Position numbers and translations under genes: made by a program
Shown: positions 24,597 through 37,298 of the stretch, piece by piece
Layout: every line of letters begins with the position of its first letter
Position numbering within the stretch: the stretch's first letter is position 1
Assembly (NCBI RefSeq): GCF_018977255.1
Contig: NW_024704742.1
Coordinates: 82,338,001-82,402,000 of the forward strand
Length of the DNA: 64,000 bases
Direction: 5' to 3'
Origin: Callorhinchus milii
Lineage: Eukaryota
Notes under the pieces: generated by a model
The model's input: the letters and a program-made list of their open reading frames with translations, nothing else
What the model was told of the DNA's origin: nothing
Databases searched by the model: none

Positions 24597-25043
24597 ATGA
24601 TAATAATAAAAAATAATAATCTTTGCATTTGATAAAGCGCCTTATTATGTTTTTGAGCCATCTCAAAACACTTAACAGGATTTCACTGTGAAGCATGGTG
24701 ACTGCCTTTTGGAAGTGGACCCAGCAGCCAATTTGTGCACAGCAATATCCTTCAAACAGCCATGGAGTGAATGACAAGTTTTATTTGGGGATTGTTGGCC
24801 AGGACACTGGGAGAAGCTCTCTTTCCTTTTCAAATGGTGTCATGGGTCTCTTTAATATCCATCTGAAAAGGTAGACGGGACCTCAGTTTAACATCTCATC
24901 CAAACAATAACACCTCTGACAATGTAATGCTCCTCTGGGACTGCTACACTCTGTCAGCATAGACTGAGACTTCAAAGTCCCAATTGAACCCACAACGTTC
25001 TCACTCAGAGGTGAGAGTTCTACCAACTAAGCCAGGTTGACGT
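24597..25043 (-). mobile_element. Near full-length DeuSINE-type SINE
   Basis: Reverse strand shows a tRNA-like head gtcaacctggcttagttggtagaactctcacctctgagtgagaacgttgtgggttcaa, a Deu core (gatgagatgttaaactgaggtcccgtc) and an L2-like tail. Confidence 0.85.
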
Positions 25044-25440
25044 TATAGGAGCTACATGACAGGTTGTTATTATTCGATGATCTACTCAATGCAATGACAC
25101 ACTGATGATTGGTTTCCTTTCCAAATGTATTGGAAGACGAATCTGTGAATATTATCAAAATCAAAGGATGTGAATGAGTAGAGGACGTGAAATAAATTAC
25201 AAATGTGTGATTCAATATTCACCATTGGTTTCCGGTTATGTTGAAACTTCTGTGAATAAAGTAACGTTTTCAGCTTAGGTAGGATATTCAATAAATATTC
25301 AGTTAAATAATGAATGTATCACTAATTAATCCTGAAGTTTCCTATATTGAAAAATCCGTCATTAATATCCTCTATTGGATGAACTTTTAGCACATCTGTA
25401 TAAATGAAACAGATTTTAAATAAATATAAATAAAACAAGC

Positions 25441-25703
25441 AGTTTTAGCTGGTTGGACTCCAGCATTGTCCTCAATGCATATTCTCGGGTCCCCAAGCTT
25501 TGGCTCTCAATAAACTGCACCTAATGCTCACCAAAATTAGATAAGCAGAGTTGGGTTCCACCAGGGAGAAAATGCACATTATGTTCGAAACTCTGGGAAA
25601 TTTTGATATGTTGATGGAATACACATGTAGAACTCTCTCTGGCTTGGATTCTCTTAATGATGGGTTTCCACAAGTGTCAGGCACCCAATTGACTCCCAAA
25701 AAA
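25441..25703 (+). repeat. Family U, 5'-truncated copy
   Basis: gttttagctggttggactccagc...ccccaagctttggctct...gggtttccacaagtgtcaggcacccaattgactcccaaaaaa. Confidence 0.78.
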
Positions 25704-26404
25704 GCATTAATGTCAGGGTACATGGATGCCATTTAATATTTCAAGGGTTACATTTTATCAACTTTATTCTAAACCTCCTAGAAACGCAGGGTATCTTTTG
25801 GATACAGTATGTCTGTCTGCTCAATACTGGATCTTAAATAATGAAATAATAAATAAATGCCTCTAACATTAATACCCTCTTACTATAGGTGGCGAACTGA
25901 TTAGAAATTATACGGTTTTACTTGCAATAGGAAATATTTTTTTTCAGGTTCCCCTAAATACACACACATTTTTATTTTGTTTGCCGAATGGCTGTCCATA
26001 ATATTGTTGAATTGTAAATAAATTGACATATTGGAAGCTAATTTACAGTATTTCTTAACTGCGTTCCTTAACTTTCTTGAGTTGCCAAATGGCAACTGCT
26101 TCCACTAAATGAACAGAATTCAGGCCAATCGGCAGGAAATCTCCTCTTACACAAACCTATTTGTAAAGCAGGTTTCTTGTAACTTTCCCTTAAGCCTTTA
26201 ATCTGGGCTCTCGTCAGGTCTACTTTCAGATCTTCACAACGTTGTTCACCTCTGCCACTCTTCACCCAAACCCTCATCCAAGTGTCACCTCCAGACTTTG
26301 CTTTCTCCAATTCACTGCTTTCCTCAGATCTTCTACGATGTTACTCCCCCAGTCATGCACTCCATCAACTCTGGTCCTCTTTCAGCCAAGCTTTCAGCCA
26401 TTTT

Positions 26405-26625
26405 TACCCAGCAGTAAGTAGGAACCCGGTTGTCGATTGGCGGATTGCTTTTCCGGGGGTAATAATCCGTTAAATAATGTCCCACAAACAATGCTTTGCA
26501 CAAATGGCTGCTGCGTTTTGCCCACAAAATATACAGTTAATTCACTTCACAGTGTATTCTGTGAAGCGCTTTGAGACATCTCAAAGACATGATAAAGCAC
26601 TATATCAAATGTAAAGATTATTATG
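26405..26625 (+). mobile_element. Headless tRNA-Ala SINE (long subfamily) following an L2 remnant
   Basis: cccagcagtaagtaggaacccggttgtcgattggcggattgc...tail. Confidence 0.7.
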
Positions 26626-27419
26626 TTTGTATTATCATTTTACCGCTGCCTTCAGGAACCCTCTCCCTAAATTCCTCCACCTCATCAATTCACTCTGCTT
26701 TAAAATTCTGTGACTCTGCCTTGGATATCTTGTCCCTATCCTCCCTACATTGCATTGATGCAGTGAATCAAGGTGAAAAGCACAATATAATTCCTATGTT
26801 TAACTACAGTGGATTAAAATTGGAAGCACCAATTTCAAAACCACATCAAGGTGGGTTCATGTTTGGATACTCTGGAGCAAGGTGAAGGAGTTTCTGCATA
26901 TTCTTTGCATCTCCCTCCTTGCTCAGCCTTATATCCTGCAAAGTGCTTTGAGATATCCTCTGAACGTGAAAGGCACTGTATTAAATACAAAGGATTATTA
27001 TTACTATTATTACTACTAATAATGAAGTGCTTTCACATGTTCTCCCTATGGTAAATACCACAGTCTGCTAACTTTCACAGCCAATCCTCATATATGTATA
27101 TTCATAAAAGCCACTTGGACGAGATACCAGAGTATGACAGGCAACCATAGAACTGCAACACATTCGAAGGAAAAAGTGAATCAGCTCCCCTGGAGAAGAG
27201 AAGGTGAGAACATTGGCAACTTGGGAAAAGTAATGTTCCAAAGGGCATAATAAATCACCCCACTGCCACCATGTGTGTGACTGGAAGAAAAAGAGGAAAA
27301 ATTAGTTTTAATGCTGTGGAAAGAGCGGCAACTCAGGCACATATATATGGGGTGGATGTCAGATGTCTCATGATATGAATATATGCATTAACCTGTGGAT
27401 TAAGAAAATGCCTTAGGAT

Positions 27420-27784
27420 GTTATCCCAACATGAAATCCAATTTGTTCTTGTCAACAAGACCAAGGCCCTCCTGGTTGGCTCCCATCAGCACCTCCACAC
27501 CTCAGGTGCTGACAGGATCAACATCCAAGGATGCACAATCTACCTTACTAAGCCAGTCCGGAACCTTTGTGTCTTGTTTGACCCTCAACTATCCTTTCTA
27601 CCCCACATCCGTGCTTTGACCCGCCTTGCCTTCCCCCACCTCCACAACATCGCCCGGCTTCACCACTGTCTCATACCACAGACTGCCAAAACCCTCATAC
27701 ACACATTCATATCATCAAGCTTGACTATGCAAACTTCTTGCTTGTTGGCCTTCCCAACTCCTTCCTCCATAGGCTGCAGATCAT
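27420..27784 (+). mobile_element. Old L2 ORF2 fragment
   Basis: ORF 27418-27798: NKTKALLVGS...VRNLCVLFDPQLSFLPHI...LHNIARL. Confidence 0.85.
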
Positions 27785-28088
27785 GGCTCAGTGGTTAGAG
27801 ACTCGCCTTGCAAAAGAGAGACCTGGGTTTGATTCCCGGCAGGGCAAAACCATGTGCAAGTTTCCTTACTCCAAATGCCTGACAATAATCCCTCAAGAAA
27901 AAAATCATAAAAAATAGGTCACTTCAATCCACGACTGTTTGTGGGACACTGCTGTGCGCAATTGGCTGCCACGTTTCCCCTACAAATATACAGTCAATTC
28001 ACTTTACAGTATATTCTGTGAACCGCTTTGCGACGTCTAGAAGATGTGAAAAGCGCTATATCAAATGCAAGGAATATTATTATTATTA
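27785..28088 (+). mobile_element. tRNA-Ala SINE, short subfamily
   Basis: ggctcagtggttagagactcgccttgcaaaagagagacctgggtttgattccc...tail with gacgtctagaagatgtgaaaagcgct. Confidence 0.9.
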
Positions 28089-30304
28089 ATATTGTAAAGA
28101 GTCATATATGTGCAAATTGTTGTTGTCGGGAATTCTATGTGGGGCGGCTTATTTAGGAGCACTGTTAAGAAGTACAACATATGACCTTATACTTATATCC
28201 TTCTTTCACAACACAATTTCTGTTTGATTTAATGCACAGTGAATCAATACTAAACACCTGCTATAATTCCTGTTTGTAACTGCAATTAATTAAATTTGGA
28301 AACACGATTCTAAATCCACCTCCAGGTGATGACTTTAGGACGGAGTTGACGTATTGGCTGCAATTTGTATGATTTATTGCAGCCTAATCTGCAACCGGTT
28401 AAACACTAAAATATGAACTTTTAAAATTACCTGAAGGAAGTCCTATATACTGTTCTTCTGGTTATAAATGTTTTGAGAGAATTAGTCACGCAGCCCTTTA
28501 ATAATTAAGAAGAGCGCTTTGCTTAGTGGCACAGTCTCTCTAGCCCTGGGCACATAAGATTACAGGGCAGGCACTTTAACATTGCAAATACGTCTACTGC
28601 AAGCTGCAAGTAGTCATATCACTTCTATATGAAACATTACTTGAACTCATATACAACGTATAATAACTCAATGTATCTTGTCTTTTTAAGCAAACAGGGA
28701 CACTACCCCACTTGAAGAACGCTATCAAAATGCAAGTTACTGTTGTTATTGTTTTTTAATGCCAAAGTACTTTTGCATTGTTGGTAGATTTGAAGCTGGA
28801 AACTTGATTTATACATGTCTACACTGAATCGCTCTGAAGACTTCTTTCCATGTGCTGAGCAGAACAGGGCAATAAAATGGGCCATCTGTGTGACGTAAGG
28901 AAGATTGATCCAAATTGCATTTGTGTCTTCCACTGCATCAGGACTTGATCTAATATTCTATCTGGGCTGACACCAAAGTACAGTGCAATGCTGGTGGGTG
29001 CTGCATTGACAGAAGTTTGCCTTTCAGTTAAGATATTAAACCTTGGTTCTGTCTGTCTGTTCAGGTGGATGTCAAAGATTCCAGGACACTATTACAAAGG
29101 AGAAAGGAGTTTCTTCTGGTATCCAGGATCTCTGTTCTCCCGAAGTTATTGTTCACCTCATGGTTGTTTGTGGCACAATGTTGGAGGGATAATTAACGCA
29201 GGAAGCACTTTGAGTCATTTTGAAGTGACAGCATTTACTAGCCATTGGCAATTTGATAAAATGAGTAACATTATAATGACAATAATTCTTACCCACAATA
29301 CTCGTGTGATTAAATGCATTATTTTGTAAGAGCTGACATATTAATTGAATAAATATTTTACGGAAGTACTTGATTCACATTACGATATAATTATACCAAC
29401 TTTATTCCTAGCACTGATGAATAAATCCTCAGTTTTGCATTATCCCCAAATTATATCTGTATAGTCGAAATTAGGTCGGATCAATGAACTGTGGCATATA
29501 ATTGCAGTTTTCCTTGTATGACAATTGTACGTAGTTTGGAGAAGTTCTGTTCAATGAGATTTTGCAAATTACCTTTAAAATATTTGTGAAACAAAACTTA
29601 TCACTTCAGATGGTAGATATTGACTAGCAAATCTACAGGAATGACATATAGCAAGCAACTTCAATCTTATTTAAGTGTCCACAGAAAAAACATAATGAAT
29701 CTTTAGCAGAAACATGGATCCTATAAACAATGGACAGGCGATCAAACAAAATTTTTAATAACTAAAATATCTTTGTGTCCCACTATGACCACTTGAAGAG
29801 AGCTCTAAGTAATGACTAAATAAAAGTATGTCGGTCTCTGAGGCAGTATGTGCTGAGTTAGCTATGGTTCCAGGTGAACTCTTGTCCTATCTGCTGTGGG
29901 ATGAATGCCCCAGTGTGTCCTAAAGGATAAGGCATGTGTACAAGCACACCATCTGCTCAGAGTTGGTGCCAAATTGTAACACCACAGATGGTAAACTTAC
30001 TTCAGGTAAATTATTTTAACCCTTTTAAATACTAATGTACCTCCTGCTTTCAAATGGATTGACTATGCAACATCTGTAAAGATAATTTTCAATCAATATT
30101 GAGACCAACACACTAAATACGGATCTTTCTCTTAACTTGCTCACTAAGTGAATGTTTAGCATTGTTCCTCTCCACACCAAGATGGTGGGCCAAATCGCCT
30201 TCTTTTGCACCGCAAACGGCCTGGGTCGCTACAACAAGAAGAACAAATTACATTTGTATAGCACCTTTCACATTGGGAGGACATCCCAAGGTGCCGGACA
30301 GTCA

Positions 30305-30430
30305 GTGATAATCTGTCTCGGGAATTTCATGTATAGGTGGGATGCATGGAATTCTCAGTTTGGTTTCGATACTCAAGCACGGTGGTGGATTTCCGCATGT
30401 GTCAGACATCCAGATGACAAAAAAAAACAT
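30305..30430 (+). repeat. Family U, 3'-terminal fragment
   Basis: ggaatttcatgtataggtgggatgcatgg...gatactcaagcacgg...ttccgcatgtgtcagacatccagatgacaaaaaaaaa. Confidence 0.78.
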
Positions 30431-31431
30431 TGTTCCCACCTGATACTGGGAAAAACATTGGTTAAGTTTATTACTGCAGTTTTAATGGATGGGGATGGAC
30501 TGTAGGATGTGATAGCAATTTAACAGTATTGATATTGTAATCATTTCAATCATCTCAGACTTCCTCAGATACACAACTTTATGAATCTATTTCAGATGTC
30601 TAAATTAGACTTACAAAGTATTTATCTTATCCTAGATAAATGAATGAATCAACTTGCTGCATCTGTATCTCTTAGATGACATCAGTAGGTAACTGCAGAG
30701 CTAATAGTGTTAGATTTACCAGTGCAAGTGCTCCAGGAAACTACCTCGCATAAAGGCGCAATATCAATGCAAGTTGTTGTTGTACAATAATTTTTTTCAT
30801 TGGTCTGACTAAAGACTTTGGTAGCACTCTTGTCTCTGAGTCACATGGTTGTGGGATCAATGCTCACAGTGGGCTTTTGAGCTCATAGTAGACACTGACA
30901 CTCTGGCCAGTGACGGCACTTTTCCATTGATTTTGAAGCTTGTTGACAGTCGAAGGTGCTACCTTTAATAGGCTGGTCTTTATTGTATCAGTGCAAGCGA
31001 CCCATTTTCAACTTTGGGATTAAAAGTAAAGCCGCAGTGACACTGAGGCATGCACAAATAAAATGTTTTATTCTTACTTTAAATTATGTTTTACATTTAA
31101 ATGCTTTGGATTCTGACAGAAATAAAGCGAGTGCATTAACAAAGTCAAACCCGTAGATTGCCATCTGTTGTAAGACAGCTTCCGGTCTTTGTAGGCTCTG
31201 TAAGTTTTTAAACTCTATACTCTATTCCTGGAAATGCTATCATTATTGTCATAGAGCAGAGCAGACAGAGGGGTTGTTTAATTTCTCTAATATCCCTAAA
31301 GTATCAAAATAAATAAAAAGCAAAATTTAAAATGCAAATAAAACATTTTAAATAATTAATCGGACTCACCTCCAGCAACACTTTCTTTTTTTGTTTTATT
31401 CTGTGATACCTTTTAATTTTAAATTTTCTTT

Positions 31432-31592
31432 TCATAGAATTATATAAACCTACAACACAGAAGGAGGCCATTCGGCCTATCATGCCTGTGCCGGCTCTTT
31501 GAAAAAGCTTTCCAATTCGCCCCACTCGCCCACTCTTTCCTCATAGCCCTGCAGTATTTTTATTCTCAAGTATATTCAATTCCCTTTAAAGA
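31432..31592 (-). mobile_element. CR1 3' terminus (about 160 bp)
   Basis: Reverse strand caaagagccggcacagg...ccgaatggcctccttctgtg...attctatga matches 8505-8580. Confidence 0.9.
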
Positions 31593-31660
31593 TGTGATGG
31601 CTGGGAAACAAACCTGGGTCATCTGCTTGGAAGGCAGCTATGCTCACCACTGTACCACCA
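31593..31660 (-). pseudogene. tRNA-Gly(TCC) pseudogene
   Basis: Reverse strand TGGTGGTACAGTGGTGAGCATAGCTGCCTTCCAAGCAGATGACCCAGGTTTGTTTCCCAGCCATCACA versus vertebrate tRNA-Gly-TCC (GCGTTGGTGGTATAGTGGTGAGCATAGCTGCCTTCCAAGCAGTTGACCCGGGTTCGATTCCCGGCCAACGCA). The first 4 nt are missing, CpGs have decayed and the B box is broken. Confidence 0.9.
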
Positions 31661-31784
31661 TTTTACTATTAATTGTAACATATTTCTCCCCAATTTTTCC
31701 TAAATATATAAATAACATACAAATATTATTGAGTAAAACCATCTTTAAAGGCTAGTTGTACTTGGAAATTTCAGATAGGAATTC

Positions 31785-32000
31785 TACGCACTTGGCTCCT
31801 GTTAATACTGCAATTCAAAGTCCTACCTGATAGGATGGCCGTAGCATTGCTAAGATTGCCAATTAGTGATTGTGGTGGCAAGCCTTATGGTTTTGCTGGT
31901 CAAACACCAGCCATATGCAAATGCACAATCTGGGATCCCCAAATCCTGGCCCTTGAGCTTTTGCATGTGTTAGACATCCAGATGAATAAGAAAAAACACT
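31785..32000 (+). repeat. Family U, very degenerate copy
   Basis: cacttggctcctgttaatactgca...ggcaagccttatggttttgctggtc...gcatgtgttagacatccagatgaataagaaaaaa. Confidence 0.55.
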
Positions 32001-32254
32001 TGAAAGTATTTCAACATGGTTTTCAACAAAGATTAGATGAGCACAGACATTGTTAAAATCAGATCCATCCTTGGAAAATCAGCATAATATTTGGCATAAC
32101 CTACAACAGAATTTTCAAGTAAACTTGCTCATTGGTACTGGGAGGTTTATAGAATACTTCATACTTGTATTTTGCAACTGCTTCTGGGAAGATCTAAATA
32201 AGGAGATAAAATGATATATTAAAATTAAGGACTTATGCTCTCCCCTCCCGCTCC

Positions 32255-32560
32255 CAAGAGTGGGTAAAGGCACTTTTAGACTGGAAGGTTCATAGGTTTG
32301 AATCCCAGTCTACACAGAATTAGTTTATCTCACTTTGCAGGAAACCATTCAGAGTTCCCACACTTGATTGCTGTCTAGACAAATCCTCCTGATAGATGTG
32401 TGTTTGCCGGATGAGTACATGATCGAACTCAGTTTTGATACCCTTTTTATTTGTCAAGCTTCTCATGCTCAGACCAAGGCTCATAATTATGGTCCCTGGG
32501 TGATGTGTTGGAGGGTGATTGACTGATGGTCACTGGGTGAGGTTGGCAGGGGGGTGACTA
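32255..32560 (+). repeat. Ancient SINE-like repeat (related fragment at about 23455-23600)
   Basis: B-box-like ggtttgaatccc near the start; patchy similarity to 23461-23580. Confidence 0.35.
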
Positions 32561-33008
32561 GAATCACATCCTGGTTAAAGAAAAAAAAGGAATAAAATAT
32601 TTTCAGTGAAGTTTATGAAATCTGTAGCCAGAATTTGTATTCATTATGTGTGTTTCTTATTCCAATAATGAACAGGCAAAAGCATGTGATGAGGAATGGT
32701 CATTCAGTCCTCGATAGCATATTGTTTACAAAATCATCCATGATTGACATCACCTTAGTCTCTAAAACTCACTTAACCTTCTTAGGGAGTTGGATAATCA
32801 AAGGGAGATTTCTGAAGAAGAACAATCTCTTTTTTTCCTCCTCCTTTTTTCTTCCCCGAACCAAGTAAGCTAACATAAAGCTCCAGGATATCAATCTGAC
32901 ATTACAATACTTAATGTTCAACCCCAACCAAATGCATTCCACTGTTGGCAAACTCGTAATCCCAGCAGCACAGAAACCACAGAGCTCTGTGGACCATTTG
33001 ATCTTATA

Positions 33009-33320
33009 TAATAATAATCCTTGCATTTGATATAGCGCTTTTCACGTCGGGAGGACGTCCCAAAGCGCTTTACAGAATAGACTGTAAAGTGAATTGACTG
33101 TATATTTGTGGGCGAACGCGGCAGCCAATTGCGCACAGCAATGTCCCACAAACAGTCGTAGATTGAAAATGACCAATTTATTATTGTTTTATTTTGGAGG
33201 GATTATTATTAGGCTGTGTGGAGTAAGGAAACTTGCCCAAGGTTTCGCCCTGCCTGGAATTGAACCCAGGTCTCTCGCTTGCAAAGCGAGTGCTCTAACC
33301 ACTGAGCTACAGGACTCCAC
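33009..33320 (-). mobile_element. Young full-length tRNA-Ala(TGC) SINE, short subfamily
   Basis: Intact A box (tagctcagtggttag), anticodon arm ctcgc-tttgcaa-gcgag and B box (ggttcaattcc); CpGs retained. Confidence 0.95.
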
Positions 33321-33332
33321 AAGTCCACAAGG

Positions 33333-34181
33333 ACTGCTCAGGAATCCAGTGAAACTTTCGCAATGAGTACCTCCTCTCGCCACATGAGAATAGGACGTAA
33401 AACATAGGCTGATTCTAAATCAGCTTAAGTAGCTTCTTAACACCCATTGACTCTTGTTTACAGCTGCAAGGTGAACCCTATAGTCATTAAATGTGTCAAT
33501 ACTCCCTGTTCTCCTTGATGTAAAAACCCAGAATAGACCATTGGGACCCAAAACTATGGCCAGAAATACAGAGAAATGAACTTGCTTTCACTGAATAAAA
33601 AAATAAAGGACCACAATTCATCACTATGAAGGAACAGCAAATATAGATTTAGGCAAATCATTTACTTCAATTCAATTCAATTCAAATGTCCGCATTTATC
33701 CGTATAGTCTTCAGTCTTGTTCTTAACCAGGTATTTATCCAACTCCTTTCACTTCTATAGGAATCATTCAGAATGCCACTCACATCCTTTGATGACAATC
33801 TTGTTCCAACTGTGCTTGTGCTTGTCTTCCAGTTCCAATTGAATTGAAGTAAATGATTTGCCTAAATCTATATTTGCTGTTCCTTCATAGTGATGAATTG
33901 TGGTCCTTTATTTTTTTATTCAGTGAAAGCAAGTTCATTTCTCTGTATTTCTGGCCATAGTTTTGGGTCCCAATGGTCTATTCTGGGTTTTTACATCAAG
34001 GAGAACAGGGAGTATTGACACATTTAATGACTCTAGGGTTCACCTTGCAGCTGTAAACAAGAGTCAATGGGTGTTAAGAAGCTACTTAAGCTGATTTAGA
34101 ATCAGCCTATGTTTTACGTCCTATTCTCATGTGGCGAGAGGAGGTACTCATTGCGAAAGTTTCACTGGATTCCTGAGCAGT
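33333..34181. repeat. Long inverted repeat: 345-bp arms (33333-33677 and 33837-34181), 159-bp spacer
   Basis: The arms are reverse complements; I found one mismatch by eye (33481/34033). Confidence 0.97.
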
Positions 34182-35624
34182 TGAATTCCCTCAGTGCCCA
34201 GGTGTGCGACAGCAGCAGGATGATCTTCATTGTCATTTGTACCAGGGCATGTCACTGATGTTCATCTCACCTGCACTCTGACTGAAGGACATGTCTCAGC
34301 ACAGGGCAGAGCTGGCTGCTCGACAGTGTGCAACCACTAAAACTTTACCACTGATAATTACTTTCCTAATCTAATTTCCCACCCCAACCTCCCCCACTGC
34401 TTGATAGAATCCTGATTGAAGAGATGTCAGGATTCCATCATAGGGTGACAAGAATCTAAGAATAAAATTGATAATTGAATTGATCATTAACTTCATGGTG
34501 TTTTGGGGGCAATGCTGTGCACTAATTGGCTGTGTTTGCCTACAATAAAAACAGTAACTTCACTGTTTTACGCTGGATACTGTGAAGAGCTTTGAGACAT
34601 CCACATGAAAGGTGCTTTGCCAAATGTACTGTTAAGCATCTTCATTATTATTATTTTGTTCCTTCATTTGTGGTTCCTAACACCATTATTCAGCTTCTGT
34701 TAGAGAACATTGTGGGCTGCAGTCAGGGGAAAAATACGCTATTTGTAGCCACAGTCCATTGTTAGACCAGGTACTGATCTTAATTTATGATCACAAGATC
34801 ACAAGTTTGGTTTTGATGAAGAAGGTCCTTCAGTGCATCTGATCTTACCCACCCTGCTGCCCTACTTTCTTCCTGTCCTCAACCACCTTTCTGGCAGTCT
34901 ATAATTACTCTCTGGGTAATGAAAAAACTTCCTGTTATCTGTCAAATATCACAGAGATCTTTGAGTCCTGACACATTAACATAATAAATCCTCCTGCATA
35001 AAGTTACATTATGATAATAATAATCATAATACTTGCATTTGATTATGACTCTTCATGTCAGGAGAACATCTCGTAGTGCTTCGCAGGAAAACTGTAAAGT
35101 GGAGGCAATGTATTTTGTGGGCGAAACATATAGCTACATAAAGGGATACAGCTTGGAAATAAACTGAATTAAACTGATCACAGTTTAATGTTTCATATGA
35201 TTTTATTCCAATATGAAAGAGGAGAGTATTACAGATATTGTCAGTTCTTACTAATATATCACATACCCTGAAACACTCCCATCTATCTGCTGTCAGAATT
35301 CTGTGAAATATGTTTGGAACGTATTGGTTTCCTGTTAATTGTTTAAATATGAAATTGGGTTATACCTTTTTTTCTTGGGATGCCTTCATAAATTGTGCAT
35401 TGCCACTTCCAATACACCTCTAATAGCACTTAGCATGATTGATTTACCTATAGCCTGTATTTTATTAGTTTTATCTACAAAGTATGCTTTAGTGATGTAT
35501 TGGTTAACATACTGAGTGGTCAGTCCAGAACTGGTAATTCATCTTATTCCCTTTTTTATCCTGTATGCATTAATTCTTGCGGAATTTAAGAAATAGTTTT
35601 TTTGATTTTACTTAAAGGTAAAAC

Positions 35625-35996
35625 AATAACAATAATAATCCTTCTATTAGGGCCTATCATGTCGACAAGACATCACAAATTGCTTCAGAGGATTTACTGT
35701 AATATGTAGTGACTGTGTGTTTTCTAGACAAACACATCAGTTAATTTTGTGCACAAGAAGTCCCATAAGTAGCCATGAAGTGAATGATCAATTTTATTTT
35801 GGAGATTGTTGGCCAGGATACTGGAAGAAACTTTATCCACCTAAAAAGCCAGATGGAAACTCGGTTTAGCGTTTGATCCAAACAATGGCATCTCCAACAT
35901 CCAGCAGTGTATTGGAATTAATTTCCAATGTTCTTTCCAAAGAACCCACAACCATCCGAATGAGAAGCAAGAGTGCTACCGAATGAGCCAGGCTAC
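35625..35996 (-). mobile_element. DeuSINE-type SINE
   Basis: Reverse head agcctggctcattcggtagcactcttgcttctc; Deu core ttggccaggatac; tail at about 35630. Confidence 0.75.
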
Positions 35997-36904
35997 ACCC
36001 AGACTTCAGGAATGAGAGTTAATGCAGAACAACAACAACAAATTACACTTGTATAACGCTCTTCACATCGGAAAGACGTCCCAGGGCAATGGACAATCAG
36101 GGGATTGGAACGTAACAATGCGGGTGATTTCTGTGTCATACTGTTAAGCTACAAGGAATATTCAGATAAACTAGGGCTCTTGAGCAATGAACTAGATCGC
36201 TCAGAGGAACCTTAACGTTTTACAAAAGATTTTAAATGAAATTAACATTCTCCTCAAAGTGCCTCATGTCCTTTAGTCAAAAAAGTGCTAAACTAAAGGT
36301 GGCCACCATTGGAGATCATTGGTCTGGGGAGTGGCAAAATGAGACTGCATTTTTATAAATATTTTTTGTCACTGACCCAATTCAAGGGTCAAGCGGAAAA
36401 TTATCAAGAAAAAAGCTTCAAATCAAAATAATCCTTGCATTTGATATAGCACCTTATCACATTGTCAAGATGTCTCAAAGTACTTCACAGAATATATTGT
36501 AAAGTTGAGAGACTGAATTTTGTGGGCAAAATGTAGTGATTCATCTCCGTCAGAATATGAAATTGAGGAGAGTTCCTGACGGTTCAGATTTAGGATCAAA
36601 TTTGTGTGTGTGGGGGGTGTGGGTGGGGTGGGTAAAGGGAGCCTGACCCATTCGGTGTGGTTTGGTCAAATGGCTTCTGTGTATATGACAGCTATACATA
36701 AAAGAGTAGAACTTGCAGAATATTTTTTATGTTTCAACCTTTCCTTTTTCTATGTAATAAATGTCCCTTTGTCCACTGATTCCATGTCTAAAGGTAATAG
36801 ATTTCATGGATTTACCTTCTCATTTTCCTTCAGAATCTTAAATACTTCCATCATATCCTCTCAAAATCTCCTGTGCTCCAGTAGAAAAAGCCTGACTCCC
36901 TGTT

Positions 36905-37298
36905 CCTCACCTACAAAGCCATCCATGGCCTCTCCCCACCCTAACTCTGCGACCTCCTAAACCCCTACCAACCCACCCGCTCCCTCCTCTCAGCCGGCTC
37001 TGGCCTGCTCCACGTCCCCCGACCCACCCACCCCACCATTGGCGCGAGACCCTTTAGCCACTCTGCCCCCGACCTCTGGAATTCCATCCCCCAATCACTC
37101 CTCCTCGCCCCCTCCTTAGCCTCCTCAAGACCCTCCTCTTCGACCATGCCATCAGCCACCCACCTTCCCATCCCCTCCCTTCTCCCCCCACCCCTCCGAC
37201 CCCAGCTCAGGTCTGAAATGCTGTACACTGTCCAGCACCTTAGGACGTCCTCCCGACGTGAAAGGCGTGATACAAATGTAATCTTGTTGTTGTTGTTG
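36905..37298 (+). mobile_element. L2 3' fragment
   Basis: cctcacctacaaagccatccatggcct...ggacgtcctcccgacgtgaaaggcg...(TTG)n. Confidence 0.9.

Noticed and set aside
33245..33320. Functional tRNA-Ala gene
   Set aside because: It is the SINE head: followed by the SINE body and tail, with no canonical acceptor stem or T-run terminator.
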